NCBI GenBank assembly: GCA_963675375.2
Contig: OY776212.2
Span: 3,152,567 to 3,216,566 of the forward strand
Length of the DNA stretch: 64,000 bases
From: Anaerolineales bacterium
GTDB lineage: Bacteria > Chloroflexota > Anaerolineae > Anaerolineales > UBA11579
Direction: 5' to 3'
The notes under the pieces: generated by a model
The model's database searches: none
The model's input: only the letters and a program-made list of their open reading frames with translations
What the model was told of the DNA's origin: nothing
Part shown: one piece after another, positions 60,849-64,000 of the stretch
How positions within the stretch are numbered: position 1 is the first letter of the stretch
How the letters are laid out: every line of letters starts with the position of its first letter
Position numbers and translations under genes: made by a program

Positions 60849-61828
60849 ACAGCCGTGTTTCCGCTATCCTACAGGCTTTGAGCGTACTCTTATTGATGTC
60901 GTTTGGCACCATCCTGACCAAAATCGTGCTGGCATCCATTCCCCCGCTCACCTTTGCCTGGACATCCATTGCCGTTGGTATGGTGGTCATGTCGGTATAT
61001 ACCTTTGTCATCAAAAAAGAGAAAATCCCACCTAAATTGGGGAAGCAGGTCTGGTGGTTCATTATCGCCATTGGGGTATGTAACTTCACCATTTCCCGCA
61101 TGACCCGCCCAATCTCCATCGAGCGTTTACCGGTAGTGACCAACACCTATGTAGGCAACTTTATCGGGATCATCACCCTGGTAATGAGCATTTTCATCCT
61201 CAAAGAATATCCCTCCATCTTCCAGGTGTTGGGGGCTGCCATCGCCATTTTTGGCATCACTGTCTATTTTAACGACCCGCTCCAATCCGCCGAGATTGTT
61301 GGCATCTTGATCATCTTGGTCGGCATCACCGCAGTCGCCTTCACCAACAACATCGCCCGCAAGCTCGCAATTGTCACCCAAAACGGGTTGAGTAACAATA
61401 TCGTATCCACGGTTGCATTGCTCATCGGGGGCAGTATTGCCGTGTTGATTGGTTTGATTTTTGACTTCCCCCCTCCCGTACCTGATTTGAAGAGCTGGGG
61501 CATTATCCTCTATGCCGGGGTAGTTAACATCAGCATTGGTCTCACCGTATGGAACCATATCCTCCGCTCCCTCCGCTCCTACGAGGCCAGCATTTTAGGG
61601 GCAACCACCATCATCTGGACATCTCTACTGGCACTTTGGATTTTAGATGAAACCCTGGCACCTAACCAGTGGGTGGGTATGGGGCTGCTCCTGGTCGGCT
61701 TGATTTTAGTGCAGGTACGTCTGGGCAGTTTTAGTACTCTTTTTGCCTATTGGAAAAAATCAGGGGACAAATCTCAACCAGTTGCAATAGATCAACCTAT
61801 GAAGGACACAACTTATGATAAAGAGTAG
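60845..61828 (+). CDS. EamA/DMT-family transporter
   Basis: Start set at the ATG overlapping the upstream TGA (ATGA). 10-helix protein. Paralogue of the next gene. Confidence 0.65.
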   Translation: MNSRVSAILQALSVLLLMSFGTILTKIVLASIPPLTFAWTSIAVGMVVMSVYTFVIKKEKIPPKLGKQVWWFIIAIGVCNFTISRMTRPISIERLPVVTNTYVGNFIGIITLVMSIFILKEYPSIFQVLGAAIAIFGITVYFNDPLQSAEIVGILIILVGITAVAFTNNIARKLAIVTQNGLSNNIVSTVALLIGGSIAVLIGLIFDFPPPVPDLKSWGIILYAGVVNISIGLTVWNHILRSLRSYEASILGATTIIWTSLLALWILDETLAPNQWVGMGLLLVGLILVQVRLGSFSTLFAYWKKSGDKSQPVAIDQPMKDTTYDKE

Positions 61829-62750
61829 AAGCACCGCAATCCTCATCACCGTATTAATTTTGATGTCTATGTCCTTGGGGACTGTATTGACCAAAATGCT
61901 GTTCAGCACCGTATCCCCGGCCGCCTTCCTCTATCTCAGCATGTTGGTTGGCATGGCAACCATGTCCCTCTACACCTTTGTGATCAAAAAAGAGCGCATT
62001 CCACATGAATTAATGACCAAAAAAATATGGTCGTACGTGCTCCAAATCGCCTTTTTTAACTTTGTTACCGGCACACTCAGCTTTTTCTCGCTCAAATTCC
62101 TGCCCGCCACCACAAACACCTACCTGACCAATTTCATCGGATTCATTACCATGGGCATGAGCATGGTTATTCTGAAAGAAATGCCGGGCTTTTACCAGGT
62201 TTTTGGGGCGGTACTTGCTTTTTCCGGTTTGCGTGTTTTCTTCCCCGAACCTCCCCAGGGCGGCGAAATCATCGGCGTGATCATGATCCTGGTCTCCATC
62301 ACCGGGGTGGCCTACACCAACAATATCGCCCGCAAGCTGGCCATAGAGACCGAAAACAAGATCAGCAACAACATCATCTCCACCCTCGCTATCCTGATCG
62401 GCGGTTCTGTCGCGGTGATCATCTATCTGATCGTGGATGGGTGGCCGCCGTATGTACCCACTGTTTGGGATTGGGCCATCATTATCTACATGGGTGTGGT
62501 CACTCGCGCAATCGGTCTGACCGTCTGGAATCTCATTCTTCGCACCCTGCGCTCGTACGAAGCCAGCATCTTGGGTGCCTCCACCGTGATCTGGACATCC
62601 ATTCTGGCAGTCTTCATCTTGGGTGAGACCCTCACTCGCAATCAGATCATCGGTATTGCCATGATGTTGGGCGGCCTCATCTTGGTGCAGGTACGCCGGA
62701 GTTTGAAAAAGAAGCCCCAGCCGCCCGCAAAAGCGGCAACACCATCATAG
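61815..62750 (+). CDS. EamA/DMT-family transporter (tandem paralogue)
   Basis: 311 aa. Shares YTFVIKKE(K/R)IP, TNNIARKLAI, LRSYEASILGA and LILVQVR blocks with 60845-61828. Confidence 0.65.
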   Translation: MIKSRSTAILITVLILMSMSLGTVLTKMLFSTVSPAAFLYLSMLVGMATMSLYTFVIKKERIPHELMTKKIWSYVLQIAFFNFVTGTLSFFSLKFLPATTNTYLTNFIGFITMGMSMVILKEMPGFYQVFGAVLAFSGLRVFFPEPPQGGEIIGVIMILVSITGVAYTNNIARKLAIETENKISNNIISTLAILIGGSVAVIIYLIVDGWPPYVPTVWDWAIIIYMGVVTRAIGLTVWNLILRTLRSYEASILGASTVIWTSILAVFILGETLTRNQIIGIAMMLGGLILVQVRRSLKKKPQPPAKAATPS

Positions 62751-62765
62751 GAAAAATTAAACACC

Positions 62766-63482
62766 ATGTGGCAGAGACTTTTTACACCAAACGACAAAGG
62801 GCAGCACCCCAATGAGACCCACAAAAACTCATCTTGGGATGTCGTTGTATTGTCCTTTTCTCTCCTTTTTCAGCAAATCCAATTTTGGATTCGCCCAAAC
62901 ATATGGATGGTCTTGCTGTCTCTGCCCATCATCACTGCCCCTGGAGCAAAAGCAGCCCTGTATCAAACCGTATCTGCCGGACTGCGTGACCCCGCGCTGA
63001 TCCGCACTATCCCACGGCAGGAAGTTAAAGCCGGGTTCTTCAAACACCTCTGGCGTTCGTTGGCGCTGGCACTGCTCAAGTGGTTGGTACTGGCAATCAT
63101 CGTCAGTTCGATCTGGTTCTGGATCTCTCAGGAATCCTGGGTGCTGCGCAGTGTTTCCGTCATTTCCTTATATGTGTTCGTTTTATGGTGGCTTTCTGTT
63201 GGGTATCTATATCCCATCTTGGTCGAACAGCCCGAACAGAATATCTTTCAGGTCGCAAAACAGGCTGTCCTGACTGCTTTCCGCCACCCCTTTGATTCAC
63301 TCTTATTTGCTGTGGTCAGCTCTCTGCTGCACCTGTTTGGATTGATCCTGCTAGGGCCTGTCTTGCTGGTCGTGCCCGCCCTACGCAGCATCCTCCATTT
63401 GCAAGGTTACTGGTACGTCACCGGCCAGGTCATCCCTGGTTTTGTAGATTTGGTGGAATACACCGAAAAATTTTATGAATAA
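62766..63482 (+). CDS. DUF624/YesL-like membrane protein
   Basis: 238 aa. LLSLPIITAPGAKAALYQTV resembles the DUF624 signature found next to sugar ABC systems. Confidence 0.5.
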   Translation: MWQRLFTPNDKGQHPNETHKNSSWDVVVLSFSLLFQQIQFWIRPNIWMVLLSLPIITAPGAKAALYQTVSAGLRDPALIRTIPRQEVKAGFFKHLWRSLALALLKWLVLAIIVSSIWFWISQESWVLRSVSVISLYVFVLWWLSVGYLYPILVEQPEQNIFQVAKQAVLTAFRHPFDSLLFAVVSSLLHLFGLILLGPVLLVVPALRSILHLQGYWYVTGQVIPGFVDLVEYTEKFYE

Positions 63483-63517
63483 CGGGAAAGAACTTCCCTG
63501 AAGGATAAAAAATTAAC

Positions 63518-64000
63518 ATGATGAACTTCGACCCAACTATCCCCACTGGTGTAGCAATTTTCATGGGACTTTTGGCTGCCTCCTGGTGGGGCACCTGGTT
63601 TATTGCCCTCAAATACCTGGAGGACTACCCGATTGAAGCCTTTTATATCACCCTCTTCACTGCCTCCGTGGTACTGGTTTTGGGGGTAGGCCTCATCCTC
63701 GATGGACGTATGCTCTTCCAGAACATGATTGATGTCTGGGCCGTCGATCCCTCTCGCATCTATATCACCTTCATCTGCGGCATCTTGTATGTCACCGGCA
63801 TGCAAATCTCTCTTCGGGTGATCCAGGTCATTGGCTTATCAGTCACCGCCCCTATCCAATCTACCGTCAATGTTGTCTTTGGCACATTGGTTACTGCGCT
63901 GGTTGGCGGCATCCCCGAAAGACTGACACCATTGCGGATCACACTCGCCGGGGTCTTTTTACTGGCTGCCATCTTGCTCACCATGAGCGCCGGGCGGATC
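63518..64000 (+). CDS. RhaT/GRP-family-like sugar transporter, N-terminal 161 codons (runs off the window)
   Basis: Not in the ORF track (no stop in window). My translation MMNFDPTIPTGVAIFMGLLAASWWGTWFIALKYLEDYPIEAFYITLFT...DPSRIYITFICGILYVTGM aligns closely by eye with 47900-48913. Confidence 0.6.
   Translation, partial: MMNFDPTIPTGVAIFMGLLAASWWGTWFIALKYLEDYPIEAFYITLFTASVVLVLGVGLILDGRMLFQNMIDVWAVDPSRIYITFICGILYVTGMQISLRVIQVIGLSVTAPIQSTVNVVFGTLVTALVGGIPERLTPLRITLAGVFLLAAILLTMSAGRI

Noticed and set aside
1-64000. Search by eye for CRISPR arrays, tRNA/rRNA genes, prophage or toxin-antitoxin modules
   Set aside because: No regularly spaced direct repeats, cloverleaf-like GC-rich segments in intergenic regions, or phage structural or integrase genes were seen other than the IS481 transposase. 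A tRNAscan, Infernal or minced run would be needed to be certain.

Overview
This 64 kb bacterial window has no rRNA, tRNA or CRISPR array that I could find by eye. All calls come from reading the sequence and the ORF translations; no searches were run.

Four blocks:

(1) 1-8.3 kb, minus strand. A partial LarA-like gene is followed by an organohalide-respiration-type module. In transcription order it runs: a 910-aa STAND-ATPase/TPR/LuxR regulator, two perfect TGTGTGA-type palindromes, a leader that reads as a cobalamin riboswitch, rdhA (TAT signal, two Fe-S motifs), an ATGA-coupled three-helix rdhB, a 16-bp hairpin, a TPR protein, and an FMN-binding NosR/NapH-type rdhC. A B12 riboswitch directly in front of a corrinoid-dependent dehalogenase, combined with a MalT-like regulator, is the most unusual thing here.

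(2) 8.3-41.4 kb. A long, mosaic surface-polysaccharide locus, visibly more AT-rich than the flanks. It contains several GT4 genes, a fused double GT4, a CgeB-like GT, a CE4-GT2 fusion, a CelD-like acyltransferase, a sulfotransferase, an alpha/alpha-toroid protein, Wzx, Wzy-like, a WbpB/E/D-like trio, an initiating sugar transferase and a Wzz/BY-kinase fusion. Its distal end carries IS debris, a MITE-like element, an IS481-family insertion in a decayed GT2 gene, and two paralogous beta-helix proteins.

(3) 41.8-46.4 kb. A short (1000 aa) DnaE-family polymerase and a COG2509-type flavoprotein.

(4) 46.4-64 kb. A GntR/HutC-controlled sugar or Amadori-compound utilisation locus, with the same ~26-30 bp palindromic operator overlapping the -10 element of two promoters. 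It is followed by an ABC-2 exporter set, a tandem EamA pair, DUF624, and a second copy of a RhaT/GRP-like transporter.
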